From assembly GCA_002269645.1 (NCBI GenBank), contig NIVC01002547.1, positions 1-53,736 of the forward strand: DNA of 53,736 nt, written 5' to 3'. The DNA comes from Macrostomum lignano (taxonomy: Eukaryota). A program made the translations under genes and the position numbers. Of the stretch, positions 1-13,029 are shown one piece after another. The notes under the pieces are model-generated. The model was given only the letters and a program-made list of their open reading frames with translations. It searched no databases and was not told where the DNA came from. Within the stretch, counting starts at the first letter, position 1. Each line of letters begins with the position of its first letter.

Positions 1-497
1 TTGCCATGACGAACTTGTACAGGGGCTCGTAGCAGTACGTGGTTGACTGGCGATATACTGTTACTGGCTTCCGGGACAGTCACTCTAAAGCAGGCGCTGT
101 GGTAGCACTGGTGCTGGTGGTAGCGTTGCTCAACTCCTGTGCCTGCTGGAAGGTTGGCGAAGTGCTGAATACCCAGACGGGCCACAGATGAGCCAGACGA
201 GGCAAACAGAGACAGCAGCGAGATGATGCCGTTCGCGCAATTCGACGCCGTGCTCTGCTCTGCAGCCTCCCTCCGCTGCGAGTCGCCTTTGGTCTTCTTT
301 GCCTTAACGAAGTTTCCGAGGGCCAATATGAGACCGGTGCAGCGCCACCACCAGGTAGATGGGGATCTTCGCCTGCACGGGACAGTCTTGAAGGTGAATG
401 TAACCATGGCGATCTCGGCGATGCTCAGGCCCAGGTCCACCGCTGCGATGGTGCAGGTGATGGCCAAGATACAACACACTGCGCCTGAGGCTGCCAT
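1..497 (-). CDS. TMEM272-like multi-pass membrane protein; 3' end beyond window edge; reading frame broken by several small deletions
   Basis: Stitching minus-strand frames from ATG at 497 gives MAASGAVCCILAITCTIAAVDLGLSIAEIAM-GYIHLQDCPVQAKIPIYLVV-CTGLILALGNFVK...NGIISLLSLFA-VWLICG-VWVFSTSP...TTYCYEPLYKFVMA. The CP..xxIPIYLVV, W.I.G.VWV and YC..LY.F motifs are those I recall for the TMEM272 family. Shifts lie near 403, 345, 200, 180 and 80, mostly in short homopolymers. Confidence 0.7.
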   Translation of the reverse strand, partial: MAASGAVCCILAITCTIAAVDLGLSIAEIAMVTFTFKTVPCRRRSPSTWWWRCTGLILALGNFVKAKKTKGDSQRREAAEQSTASNCANGIISLLSLFASSGSSVARLGIQHFANLPAGTGVEQRYHQHQCYHSACFRVTVPEASNSISPVNHVLLRAPVQVRHG

Positions 498-2042
498 TTC
501 TTCCAGCTTGGCAGAAAACTGGCAACTGCAAGCGTCTCTGGGCAAATTTACACAAAACCTACACAAAAAATAGAAAGCACTCTGTGAGAGCTGCATGGGG
601 TGGCGAGCGCAGCTTGCTTGCCCAGCTATTCGATTATTGGATGCTCAACGGAGCGCACACTGAAGGGGCAGCCAACCTCTCCAGTGAATAGAATACAGTG
701 GGTAGAGCTAGAAAGGCAGATTTTATAGGTTAGAAAGTGCGCACATTCGCGGCAAACCTGTGTTACTATACTCTCAAAAGCTCGCAAATGAAAGGACCAA
801 CTGGGGGTAAGGTCGGATTGGACCCAGTCTTTGGGTTATTGTTTGATTACTTTCAGCTATATCAACCCATAACACATACAAACTTTGCAAGCAGATTTGT
901 CAATATTGCCGCGCTTATTGCGCTCGAAATCTTAATCATTAATGCAACTTCCCTCAAGCAATATGCAAGCAAGGACAACTTAAGTCCTTGTAGTCCTTGT
1001 ATGCAAGCTGCAGTGAATCCAGCCGATTTTATGCACTTTTTAGTTTTTAAGACTTAATTCACTCTGTAATCAAATGCGTGTTACGTGTTACCTAGCTATT
1101 TTTTGTAAAAGGAAAGTTGTACAAGGATTTAATGGCCGCTTGATAGCTTAGCTCTTTATAGCTTACACTGAACCTTACGTACATGTAGCAAAGGAATCCT
1201 CCGTGACTGCATGATTAGCAACCCCGCTGTGCACCCCTAGAAGAAATTGATTTGTTGATTCTTAGCAGATCTTATCTATCTTCTTGGGTTGCTGCGCAAG
1301 TACTTGCAAGAACGTGCAAGATCTTTACTATAATAATACTTAGGTAAACTTACCAGATATGGGCGACTTGCTACATCGTACAAGATCTTATCTTTTATAT
1401 CTTTTTATAGCTTCGAATCGCATATTTTCTTAAATTTATTGTCCCATCTTGTCATAAAACAAAATATAGTTCAGCTAGAACACTTTAGCCAAATGAATAA
1501 AAAAAGTAATGTACCTCCCATCTTAGAAGATCCTGCAAGAACCGAGCAGATTGACAAGATCTGCTAAGAATGGCACAGAGACAAGATCTGCTAAGTTTGA
1601 GAAACAGAATATCCTCTAGGGACAGAGAAAACTAAACTATATAAATATTTACATGTAAATAGTCCGTGTATTTATTAAAATAACTAGTGCTGCGCGTCCT
1701 TTGCTACAGAAGCACTGCGCTTACGGTATCATGCACAACAAATTTTCAACTTACGCTCGTACTATAAGATAATCAGGCAATCGATGTTCGCGGTTGCAAA
1801 AATTATTGGATTGCTTTTTTGATGATCCAATTTTGTTCTGCTAAAGCACAGCTCCTACTTTTTAACGTATAATTAAAATTTGAATTAAAAACTTGCGGAA
1901 TCTCTACCGCAATCTATAGATTTTGTTTGAATGGACAGAAGGTTTTAAAGTGTTGAAATTTTCGACGAATTCATGAACTCAGTGTAAGACGTACGCGTTC
2001 ATTCAGTTGTCGTAGTTTAGTAGCACTGTGTGTGTGACTGTT

Positions 2043-2391
2043 CAGTGGCGGATTATCCTGTGTCTCTTGTGTCTAGCGATGATGGTGCCCTTTTTCCTTT
2101 GCCCTAAAAAAGGTCCCCACCGCACTCAGTGTGCTCAGTATGGTGCCCCTCGAGTGTATTATGGCTCCCTTCTAAGTCAAGTGCAGTGTATGGCGATTTC
2201 TTAGTTTCCCGCGTTTAATTATAACCCCCACCCCCCCACCACCCTTGAATAGAGGGCGAAATAATTCCGTAAAATAATTAAACGCGGGAATCTTCAGGAT
2301 CGCCCAGTGTATGTATATTATGGCGCCCCCACTGATCTGATGCCTGATGGTTAAAGCTCGCCCCCATTTTGTATTTCTAAATCTGCCTCTC
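2043..2391. mobile_element. Degraded non-autonomous hAT-type MITE
   Basis: Left end CAGTGGCGGATT (2043) and right end AATCTGCCTCTC (2380-2391) match 9/12 as inverted repeats. Flanks TGACTGTT and GCACTGTT match 6/8, consistent with a decayed 8-bp TSD. Internal repeated ATGG(C/T)GCCC motifs. Confidence 0.4.
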
Positions 2392-4409
2392 GCACTGTTG
2401 CCACTGACTTACTCCCTAGCTAGACACCCTAGACGCGCCGCAGTGGCCGAACCCTAAGAGATCTATGATGTAGCCTATTGTAAAAAAACCTAACAATTCT
2501 TTGTTGCTATCAAGCATTCTGACTATCATACAGACATACATCAGTTCAGATTGTTGTTTCGATTCTTATCTTTTTGTTTTAGATATCTATTAAGTGTTCC
2601 TGTGTTCAGGGATCAGCATTGGCCCTTAGTACTAGTAGCTTCTGCCAGAACTCAGTGGGTGTAGGGGTACCAATCATTGCCAATCATTTTGGCCAATCAT
2701 TAGCAAATCATTTTGCCAATTTTTGGCTAAAAGTCATTTTGGCAAGAGGCCTATTTAAGAAAAGTAATTTCAACAAAAAACTTACTAATACATGTAAAAT
2801 GGTGCAAGTTAAGTTTGTTATGAAACAAATGTTTTTCTAGTGATATAAAATTCAAACATTGTTAATTTGAGGAATTTTTCAGTAATATTGTATACAACAA
2901 GTGTGTGCAACAAGTGCATAAAATTTGAAGCAAAATAAGTAACAATTGATTGCTATGGTGTGCAATCGGTTGATATGTTTGCATTGCACTCTTAAAACTT
3001 GCTGTCTTCTGAATCATTTAGCAAGGTATAATTTTACTATAATTCTATCTTCTGTGCCAATTTCACTTACCACTCAGCCAATGTGTGGCTAATGGCTAAC
3101 CTTGAGAGTGTTACTAAAAATAGACATCACTTAGTGTACACATGTACAATTAGCTTGAGAATTCCAAAACAGCCAAAACAAAGCAATAACTGCATGTCAA
3201 TTAGCACTTTAATGTGATAAATGCCAGCAATGGTATCATCTAAAGTGTAGCATCAGGTAAAGTGAAGGGTGAAGACTTGTATTAGGAGTAGTCAAAATTT
3301 TAGTTTAACTTTTAGCTTAGATGGTTTAGCTTATTTTGTGTAGTTTTAACTTTGTACTTATACAGTTTTGTACTTTTATGTTGTACTTATCAAGTCAAAG
3401 ACAAGTTACTATGGCTTACTTGAAACATGTCTAATTTTCAAGGTTCTCCATTTTTACCTACATTAAACTGTTCATTTAGTGTTACACTAAACATTTTTAT
3501 GAATCAAAGTTAAGTTCTTTTGCCCATAAGTATACATTTTTTAAATATTCAAAAAACCACAATTAACAACTGATAAACAAAGAGGTAATACCCTATAACT
3601 ATATAGCACCTTCTAAATATGGTTAAATTTTTTGCTAAAATGAATTTTGCTGAAATTACTTTCCCTGAAATTACTTTTTGTTAAAATGATCGTAACCTCT
3701 TAGTAGTGGACTAAAGTAGAGTAGAGACTTATCTTTAAATATATAAAGCTGAATAGACCAGTCAACTAACCAAGTTTAATGTGTATCTCCTAGAAAGCAG
3801 CTATAAGGTATATAAATATTATTAATTTTAAAGTTTGGAAATTCAGATTCAAACAAAAATTCAAACTAGAATTGCCTAAAGCTTATTCCCTATATAATTA
3901 TCCTTATACTCTGGATCATGTAGTATATGCCCAAAAATTTGGACATGCATTGGTCTTGCATGCCAAAAGTAATAGTTGGCATGCATCACTCCTAAAAAAT
4001 AGTATATATGCATACCTAGTATGCACTTTATAGAATCACATAGAAGAGTTATTGTGAAATAGAAAAAAGATGAAAAAAAGTTCATTTTAAGCATAAATTT
4101 CAAGCTTTCTGTGTTTTTAAGCCCATAATAAAGCATTTAAACAAATCTTTGCAAGTATTAATTTTCTACTATAAATAGTATTACAAAAAAGCATACAAAT
4201 CAACCAATTTTTGCTAAAATGCATCTATTATGCAATTTAAAAGATGTTATTTATTGTCACAATATAAAAAAGTGATTCATTATCACAACACAGTTTTGAG
4301 AATAGGCATGTACTTAATTTTTTTCAATGTGCATTTGTAATTATTCAATTTTTGTTTGGGCATATACCTAGCATGAGGCATGATCTATCTAGACTATGGA
4401 ATTATCCTA

Positions 4410-5369
4410 ATGTGAGGGTTTCCCGACAGATATTCAGACAGATATTCAAAATGATCATCTACTACTTTTAACAAAATGGACCAAACAGAACCATATTTTT
4501 GGCAGATGTTTATGCATGTGTTTGCAATCAAATGAGCCCAAATTTGTTTTATAAAATAAAAAAACTTTACAGAGTGCATTGTTTCAAAGATTGCTTGGCA
4601 ACACCATGATTCAGCATCTCTTCAACGTTTTCTGAAAATGATTCAATTTTTACATCCCATAAATGTGCCCCGTATCCTAAAAAGACAGTGGACTAACTCT
4701 TACGCATGTTTCAGCTGTAAAATGCCGCATCACGCGTCTAATAAAATACTTTACTTCTTGAATTATTTTCTTTTAAAGTGTGCTTGGCGATTTGCTTTTT
4801 TGAAGGCAAGTCAAGAAACAGCACATATTTGCTGATGTTAGAACTCCATTTCGCTCTCAAATTAAATGAATTTATAGTTCCATTCTTACGCACATCCCAG
4901 CTTTAGAATGACACCATTGAAGCTGAAAAAGAAACAGTATTTCCTGAGATATTCGACTCTAAAGTGTGCTTTGCTTTTGAGTCAATAACGCTTGACGTTT
5001 TATGTCGAAATATACGCCAAGAAATTGTGACACCATTTTTTGCTTACGAAACATAAAACTTAACTCGCTCTTTTACGCACGTCCCAGCTTTAAAATGACA
5101 CCTCAGGCGTCGCCCATTTATGGGATGTAAAAATTGAATCATTTTCAGAAAACATTGAAGAGATGCTGAATCATGGTGTTGCCAAGCAATCTTTGAAACA
5201 ATGCACTTTGTAAAGTTTTTTATTTTATAAAACACATTTGGGCTCATTTGATTGCAAACATATGCGTAAACATCTGCCAAAAATATGGTTCCGTTTGGTC
5301 CATTTTGTTAAAAGTAGTAGATGATCGTTTTGAATATCTGTCTGAATATCTGTCGGGAAACCCTCACAT
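4410..5369. mobile_element. Non-autonomous Mutator-like (MULE) foldback element, 960 bp, about 255-bp TIRs, 9-bp TSD ATTATCCTA
   Basis: 4410-4666 is a near-perfect inverted repeat of about 5115-5369 (ATGTGAGGGTTTCCCGACAGA...TCTGTCGGGAAACCCTCACAT). Direct repeat ATTATCCTA at 4401-4409 and 5370-5378. No transposase ORF. Long TIRs with a 9-bp TSD are typical of the Mutator superfamily. Confidence 0.85.
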
Positions 5370-5567
5370 ATTATCCTAGTATCTTGACCTAAAAGACAAG
5401 TTTGATTTATCATATATTGACAACTTATAAAATTTGCTAGTTATTTCTATTGTATAATGTTTAAAAGTAGTCAAGTAACCAATATACAATACGATAGAAA
5501 TATCAATCATAAAATTAAAAACTTCTAGCTTAGTAAGTTAGTATCATATTTTATATTATTTACTATC

Positions 5568-5707
5568 ACAATATACTAAATCTCTAAGGTTTGTTTGACC
5601 GGTATTTCAGTCTACAGCCTGAATGCCTGAACCAATTTTTTTCAAACTTGCTTTATTCAACTCAAAATTCTTGTGAGATTGTGTGGGTGTAATTGCATTG
5701 AAAAATT
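5568..5707. repeat. Dispersed about 140-bp repeat, homologous to the head of the 1.54-kb tandem unit
   Basis: CAATATACTAAATCTCTAAGGTTTG...GTAATTGCATTGAAAAA recurs at 8362, 9906 and 11452 with about 90% identity. Each copy is preceded by a TAT- or CAT-rich microsatellite-like run. Confidence 0.8.
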
Positions 5708-6597
5708 TGTATACTATAATTCATTAGAGATTAGTCCTAGTGTCAGGATCCTATACTAGTGTATGGTAGAATAAAATTTGTTTCCTTAGCTCCTATATGC
5801 CAATATATATAACAGATTTATATTGCATACAAAATGTGCCAAGACAAAAATGAGAAATGACAAACTATATTTTAACTAAGCTTATGTTTTTTTTGCAAAA
5901 ATAGCTAAATAAAAACTGGTTGATATTCTTTTGAACTAAAAACTGATATTCTTTAATTATTTTTGTTTAACTTTTAACTTTTTCAAAAAGTGGAATATAT
6001 AGTTTTTTAATTTCTTTTTCATTAATTTTTTGATATTTTTGTTGATCAAAATTTAGCTACTCTAACTACATGCATGTGGAGACTACACTAAATTTAAACT
6101 TAGCTTTTGTACACTAAATGATTTGTACATTGGTTTGGACTTGGAACTTAGTCCCACCTATTTTCCAATAATCTTGGCAATTTCTATATATCAAGCTTTA
6201 TGCTAAGAGAGCATGCCAGGCATTGTTATATGCCAATGGTATACTCCAGGTTCCTCTATATACTAGACTTTTCTAGTATATATATATATACTATCTGGAG
6301 TCCAGGATTAGTCTTGATAAGATTGTAATCTTAATCTAGATTATCAAAATCTTGGAATTTTTCTCAATCTATCTTACTTTCAAGATCTCAAGAAAAAATG
6401 AGATTTGTGTCTATTATCTATTGTTATAATTCGTTACTTGATTTTATTACCTAAGATCAATATTAGACCTATTATACTTACAATTGATATATATCAAGCT
6501 ATTTTATAAGCTCAATATTAAATATTCATTGTTTTTCCTTCTATTATTGTTATTGTACAATACAATAGCATTGATAGATATAATAGTGTAAAGAGGT

Positions 6598-7341
6598 TAG
6601 AGCTCAAACGGGATCCCGATCCCGATCTCGAATTCTCGGGATCCCAAAGATTTTTCGGGAATTCGGGATCGGGATCCCGAAGGCTTAGAGAACTCGGGAT
6701 TCGGGAGCACAATAGATTGATAATGAAGATGATGCTTTCAACAATCAAGAGCAGTAATCAATACTAAGCTAATTTTTGTAACAGCAACTATAAATATGTT
6801 GAAAGTCTGACCTTGAATTCACCAAATAAAGCAGCAGATTTTTACTTAGTAACAGATTTGTAAAGAGTTGTACTCGTAAATAACGAACTAACAAGTATGA
6901 GGCTTTTCACGAAGCAATTCCAGAAACAGAATTTTACAAGAAAAAAGACGAGTATAACTTTGGCCGTCAACTTTTTCGTCAACTTTTCCATTAAATTTTC
7001 TATTAACTATTCCGTCAACTATTCTGTCAACTTTTCCATTAACTTTTCCATTAAGTATTCCGTTAACTTTTCCATTAACTATTCCATGAAGTATTCCGAT
7101 AATTTTTAGGCTATACTTTGGAAAAAGGGTCTGGAACAAGAATTGACAATATGAAAAGCCCCTCATGGGTTTATAGTCAGATAAAACTATCCTTGAATCC
7201 TTGATTCATTAGTTAGTAAGTAATATATTCCCAGATCCCAGATTCCCGAATCCCGAATACTAATCCCGAATCCCGATCCCAAAATTATTTTCAATCCCGA
7301 TCCCGCCCGATCCCGAAAATTCTACTCCCGTTCAAGCTCTA
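6598..7341. mobile_element. Non-autonomous hAT element, 744 bp, 8-bp TSD AAAGAGGT
   Basis: TIRs TAGAGCTCAAACGGGA and TCCCGTTCAAGCTCTA (14/16). AAAGAGGT at 6590-6597 and 7342-7349. Dense subterminal (A)TCCCGA/TCGGGA motifs at both ends and an internal 12-bp repeat AACT(A/T)TTCC(A/G)T(T/C) at about 6965-7090. Confidence 0.88.
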
Positions 7342-7447
7342 AAAGAGGTCTAGTAGATATTAATAATTAGACATAACCTTGATTCTCAATTGAATCTCAA
7401 TTATCTTAAATATACAGATCTCAAGTCCTAAAAATCTTGAAAATTGA

Positions 7448-8059
7448 TGTAACCATGCTCTGGTTGCGGGATATGGCAGGGGAAATTTTTCAAAAGTACC
7501 TCCGATCTCCGTGCACCTCCTGAGCAGAGCTGTTGAGACTGGGCCAGGTCTTTGACCTGGCCTGCAGACTCCTGCTCTGCTGCACCCCCTGCTGCCTTGG
7601 CTCCATCTCCTACTCTGCCACACATGCCTTTCCAGAGCCCCTATCTCTGTACCTCACCTGCTCTCTATGCACTCTACCTTATTCATTATGTACTTTTCCC
7701 AATTCTCATCTTTTTGTCTCTTTGTGCACTGTTTTCCTGTGCTGTCCCCAGGCAGGGCTCTAGCCTCGAGAGGTCTGGTAGTAAGATCTAGGTGCGCCAG
7801 TTCACATAGAGTGGTGGCAGCCACTCGGTCATGCTATGACCGAGTGACCAACTATTGTACCTTGGCTACAGTTGGGGGCCATGTGGGTCCTTGGCCCTCT
7901 GGTCACAAGAGCGCTACCAAAGCTATCAATCATGTGGGAGGGACAGTCTAGTGCTGGAGGTCCATCAGGTCATTGCTTGGTCATAGGCAGCCTATGGTCA
8001 TTGCCCATGGTCATGCGTTTGTCTCTCAACGGAGCAGACGGGCAGCAAGGGCGGTTACA
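7448..8059. mobile_element. Candidate solo LTR (TGTAAC...GTTACA)
   Basis: 612-bp GC-richer island in AT-rich DNA bounded by TGTAACC and GGTTACA, the canonical TG...CA termini. No matching direct TSD (TTGA vs TCAA). Confidence 0.4.
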
Positions 8060-8361
8060 TCAAAATGTTATATTCTCCTGTCTCTAAAATTAATATAAAA
8101 AAACTAGAGTAAGGCAATGGTTTTATCATTATTATCATAGTAAGCATATATTCTAAATAATATGCTAATATGATTGTAGCTATACAACCTATTTAGAATG
8201 TTATGGTAATTATAAAAAAGTAAATATATGCAATATTTATGAATATGCTTATAGAAACAATTGATCTCATTACTATGGCTATAGGAGTTGATGTATAAAC
8301 TTAGTCTAGCTTTATAAAGCTATGGTAATATAAAGCTTTTCCCATCATCATCATTCATCAT

Positions 8362-11300
8362 CAATATACTAAATCTCTAAGGTTTGACCGGTATTCCAGT
8401 CCACAGCCTGAATGCCTGAACCGATTTTTTTCAAACTTGCTTTATTCAATTGCAAATTCTTGTGAGATTGTGTGGGTGTAATTGCATTGAAAAAATTCGA
8501 ATGGGAAGATGGTTAAATATTCGAAAAACGAGTTTTCCCTATGCTTTCAATGGGAGGCTAGAAAAGGTCAAAATCTCACTAACTGAATTTCAATTCCAAT
8601 TAAGATTGCGCCACAACTTTTCTTTGTTCACTGTGTACGCCTCAATACTGGCTGCAATAAGGGAGAGGAAAATAATGCTCAGTGGCTGCGTGTGTACATT
8701 CTGACCCTGGCTGACTGGCGGACTGCATAGAAAATTGCTATTAATAGATTTCACTCAACTGTGCATTGGCTCTGTCTGCACACAACCTGTGTACACTGAG
8801 CAGCCTTTCACTGCTATGTATTTGACTGCAGTGCCTAAGCATATATGGCTGATTTTTGCGCCCTCCGATCAGTAGGCGGAATAGCCGCAGTGTAGGCACT
8901 AGGACCAGGTTTAGGCTAGGCATAAGGTCCAATGTTCGAGTTCGCCTCCCCAGCGGATAATTAAAATTAAATAAATTAATTCATTATTAGCTTCTGCCTC
9001 GACTGTTTTGAGCATTTTTTGATTAATTGTAATTAAATTTTTTTATTAATTACAATAATTTATTTTTGCTACTCGCACAAGCCACTTGATTTGATTTGTA
9101 AAATCCTAAGATCCCATTGTTATTATCTAGGTCTATGGAAGTATTAATTAAATTACTTAACTGCAGACAATGCTGCTAAACTGCTGAGGTATTGCTAAAT
9201 GCTGAGTGGTGCCAAAAGATTGCCGATATGTATCGAAAATCGATTAGTAAGCCATACAATGCTGAGCTAATTTCTACATTGTTGAAAGGATCATTGCAGT
9301 TTGCTGAGGATACTGATGCTGATACTGATGCTGATTGCTGAGGTAGTTCCTCCAGACTTATGAGTGTATAGCTGCAAACTGCTGAGGGGATAACTATTTA
9401 GAGAGTCTTAAGTGGATAACGGTGAAGTATTAAGTGCAAGTTGTTGAGTGGATAACTGCGGACTGCTGAGTGAATTATTGCAGTTTGCTGATGTTAATGA
9501 AAGTTTTAGACGGCAAAGTGGATAACTGCAGGCTGCTAAGAGTATTACTGCAGCCTGTTTTGCGGGATTAAAAGGGATAGCTAATTTCAGGTTGTTGTGA
9601 GGATAACTGCCGATTTCTGGGGGGAGGCTGAGAAAGGTTAACTTCGAACTGCTGGAGTTGGTGAACTTTTTGAATAGTATAAGGATTTTTTGACCATCTG
9701 TCAATAGGCAGCCTAGCTATGCCTGTTACTATAGAAGGCAATAACAGGCATAGGCTAAGCAGAAAGTCGGCAGTTCGAGTCTGCATTGAAGCAGCGAATT
9801 TATCTTTGTGACCTGTGAGAATAATCATTGTCATGCAGGTATTAAAAATTTAAATTTAAAGATACTTTTGCTGGTGAATTTATTTATTATTATTATTTTA
9901 TATTACAATATACTAAATCTCTAAGGTTTGACCGGTATTCCAGTCCACAGCCTGAATGCCTGAACCGATTTTTTTCAAACTTGCTTTATTCAATTGCAAA
10001 TTCTTGTGAGATTGTGTGGGTGTAATTGCATTGAAAAAATTCGAATGGGAAGATGGTTAAATATTCGAAAAACAAGTTTTCCCTATGCTTTCAATGGGAG
10101 GCTAGAAAAGGTCAAAATCTCACTAACTGAATTTCAATTCCAATTAAGATTGCGCCACAACTTTTCTCTGTTCACTGTGTACGCCTCAATACTGGCTGCA
10201 ATAAGGGAGAGGAAAATAATGCTCAGTGGCTGCGTGTGTACATTCTGACCCTGGCTGACTGGCGGACTGCATAGAAAATTGCTATTAATAGATTTCACTC
10301 AACTGTGCATTGGCTCTGTCTGCACACAACCTGTGCACACTGAGCAGCCTTTCACTGCTATGTATTTGACTGCAGTGCCTAAGCATATATGGCTGATTTT
10401 TGCGCCCTCCGATCAGTAGGCGGAATAGCCGCAGTGTAGGCACTAGGACCAGGTTTAGGCTAGGCATAAGGTCCAATGTTCAAGTTCGCCTCCCCAGCGG
10501 ATAATTAAAATTAAATAAATTAATTCATTATTAGCTTCTGCCTCGACTGTTTTGAGCATTTTTTGATTAATTGTAATTAATTTTTTTTATTAATTACAAT
10601 AATTTATTTTTGCTACTCGCACAAGCCACTTGATTTGATTTGTAAAATCCTAAGATCCCATTGTTATTATCTAGGTCTATGGAAGTATTAATTAAATTAC
10701 TTAACTGCAGACAATGCTGCTAAACTGCTGAGGTATTGCTAAATGCTGAGTGGTGCCAAAAGATTGCCGATATGTATCGAAAATCGATTAGTAAGCCATA
10801 CAATGCTGAGCTAATTTCTACATTGTTGAAAGGATCATTGCAGTTTGCTGAGGATACTGATGCTGATACTGATGCTGATTGCTGAGGTAGTTCCTCCAGA
10901 CTTATGAGTGTATAGCTGCAAACTGCTGAGGGGATAACTATTTAGAGAGTCTTAAGTGGATAATAACGGTGAAGTATTAAGTGCAAGTTGTTGAGTGGAT
11001 AACTGCGGACTGCTGAGTGAATTATTGCAGTTTGCTGATGTTAATGAAAGTTTTAGACGGCAAAGTGGATAACTGCAGGCTGCTAAGAGTATTACTGCAG
11101 CCTGTTTTGCGGGATTAAAAGGGATAGCTAATTTCAGGTTGTTGTGAGGATAACTGCCGATTTCTGGGGGAGGCTGAGAAAGGTTAACTTCGAACTGCTG
11201 GAGTTGGTGAACTTTTTGAATAGTATAAGGATTTTTTGACCATCTGTCAATAGGCAGCCTAGCTATGCCTGTTACTATAGAAGGCAATAACAGGCATAGG

Positions 11301-12967
11301 CTAAGCAGAAAGTCGGCAGTTCGAGTCTGCATTGAAGCAGCGAATTTATCTTTGTGACCTGTGAGAATAATCATTGTCATGCAGGTATTAAAAATTTAAA
11401 TTTAAAGATACTTTTGCTGGTGAATTTATTTATTATTATTATTTTATATTACAATATACTAAATCTCTAAGGTTTGACCGGTATTCCAGTCCACAGCCTG
11501 AATGCCTGAACCGATTTTTTTCAAACTTGCTTTATTCAATTGCAAATTCTTGTGAGATTGTGTGGGTGTAATTGCATTGAAAAAATTCGAATGGGAAGAT
11601 GGTTAAATATTCGAAAAACAAGTTTTCCCTATGCTTTCAATGGGAGGCTAGAAAAGGTCAAAATCTCACTAACTGAATTTCAATTCCAATTAAGATTGCG
11701 CCACAACTTTTCTCTGTTCACTGTGTACGCCTCAATACTGGCTGCAATAAGGGAGAGGAAAATAATGCTCAGTGGCTGCGTGTGTACATTCTGACCCTGG
11801 CTGACTGGCGGACTGCATAGAAAATTGCTATTAATAGATTTCACTCAACTGTGCATTGGCTCTGTCTGCACACAACCTGTGCACACTGAGCAGCCTTTCA
11901 CTGCTATGTATTTGACTGCAGTGCCTAAGCATATATGGCTGATTTTTGCGCCCTCCGATCAGTAGGCGGAATAGCCGCAGTGTAGGCACTAGGACCAGGT
12001 TTAGGCTAGGCATAAGGTCCAATGTTCAAGTTCGCCTCCCCAGCGGATAATTAAAATTAAATAAATTAATTCATTATTAGCTTCTGCCTCGACTGTTTTG
12101 AGCATTTTTTGATTAATTGTAATTAATTTTTTTTATTAATTACAATAATTTATTTTTGCTACTCGCACAAGCCACTTGATTTGATTTGTAAAATCCTAAG
12201 ATCCCATTGTTATTATCTAGGTCTATGGAAGTATTAATTAAATTACTTAACTGCAGACAATGCTGCTAAACTGCTGAGGTATTGCTAAATGCTGAGTGGT
12301 GCCAAAAGATTGCCGATATGTATCGAAAATCGATTAGTAAGCCATACAATGCTGAGCTAATTTCTACATTGTTGAAAGGATCATTGCAGTTTGCTGAGGA
12401 TACTGATGCTGATACTGATGCTGATTGCTGAGGTAGTTCCTCCAGACTTATGAGTGTATAGCTGCAAACTGCTGAGGGGATAACTATTTAGAGAGTCTTA
12501 AGTGGATAATAACGGTGAATTATTAAGTGCAAGTTGTTGAGTGGATAACTGCGGACTGCTGAGTGAATTATTGCAGTTTGCTGATGTTAATGAAAGTTTT
12601 AGACGGCAAAGTGGATAACTGCAGGCTGCTAAGAGTATTACTGCAGCCTGTTTTGCGGGATTAAAAGGGATAGCTAATTTCAGGTTGTTGTGAGGATAAC
12701 TGCCGATTTCTGGGGGGAGGCTGAGAAAGGTTAACTTCGAACTGCTGGAGTTGGTGAACTTTTTGAATAGTATAAGGATTTTTTGACCATCTGTCAATAG
12801 GCAGCCTAGCTATGCCTGTTACTATAGAAGGCAATAACAGGCATAGGCTAAGCAGAAAGTCGGCAGTTCGAGTCTGCATTGAAGCAGCGAATTTATCTTT
12901 GTGACCTGTGAGAATAATCATTGTCATGCAGGTATTAAAAATTTAAATTTAAAGATACTTTTGCTGG
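8362..12967. repeat. Tandem triplication of a 1544-1546-bp unit (units start 8362, 9906, 11452)
   Basis: Identical ORF calls recur at 8450/9994/11540 and 8741/10285/11831. Only a handful of substitutions and indels distinguish the units. Confidence 0.97.
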
Positions 12968-13029
12968 GGCTGCGTTAAGCTTCTAGAGCAGTGCTAATCA
13001 GTGAGCCGTACAATGCAGTCATACATAGG

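Noticed and set aside
223-573. 116-aa plus-strand ORF
   Set aside because: Antisense shadow of the minus-strand TMEM272-like CDS.
969-992. CAAGGACAACTTAA hairpin motif shared with about 41257-41279
   Set aside because: Only a 14-bp match with no CTRR end or flanking homology, so there is insufficient support for a Helitron terminus.
8450-12022. Repeated 84-aa and 63-aa ORFs in the triplicated unit
   Set aside because: Short, with no recognisable domain or exon-like codon bias. Their recurrence simply reflects the duplication.
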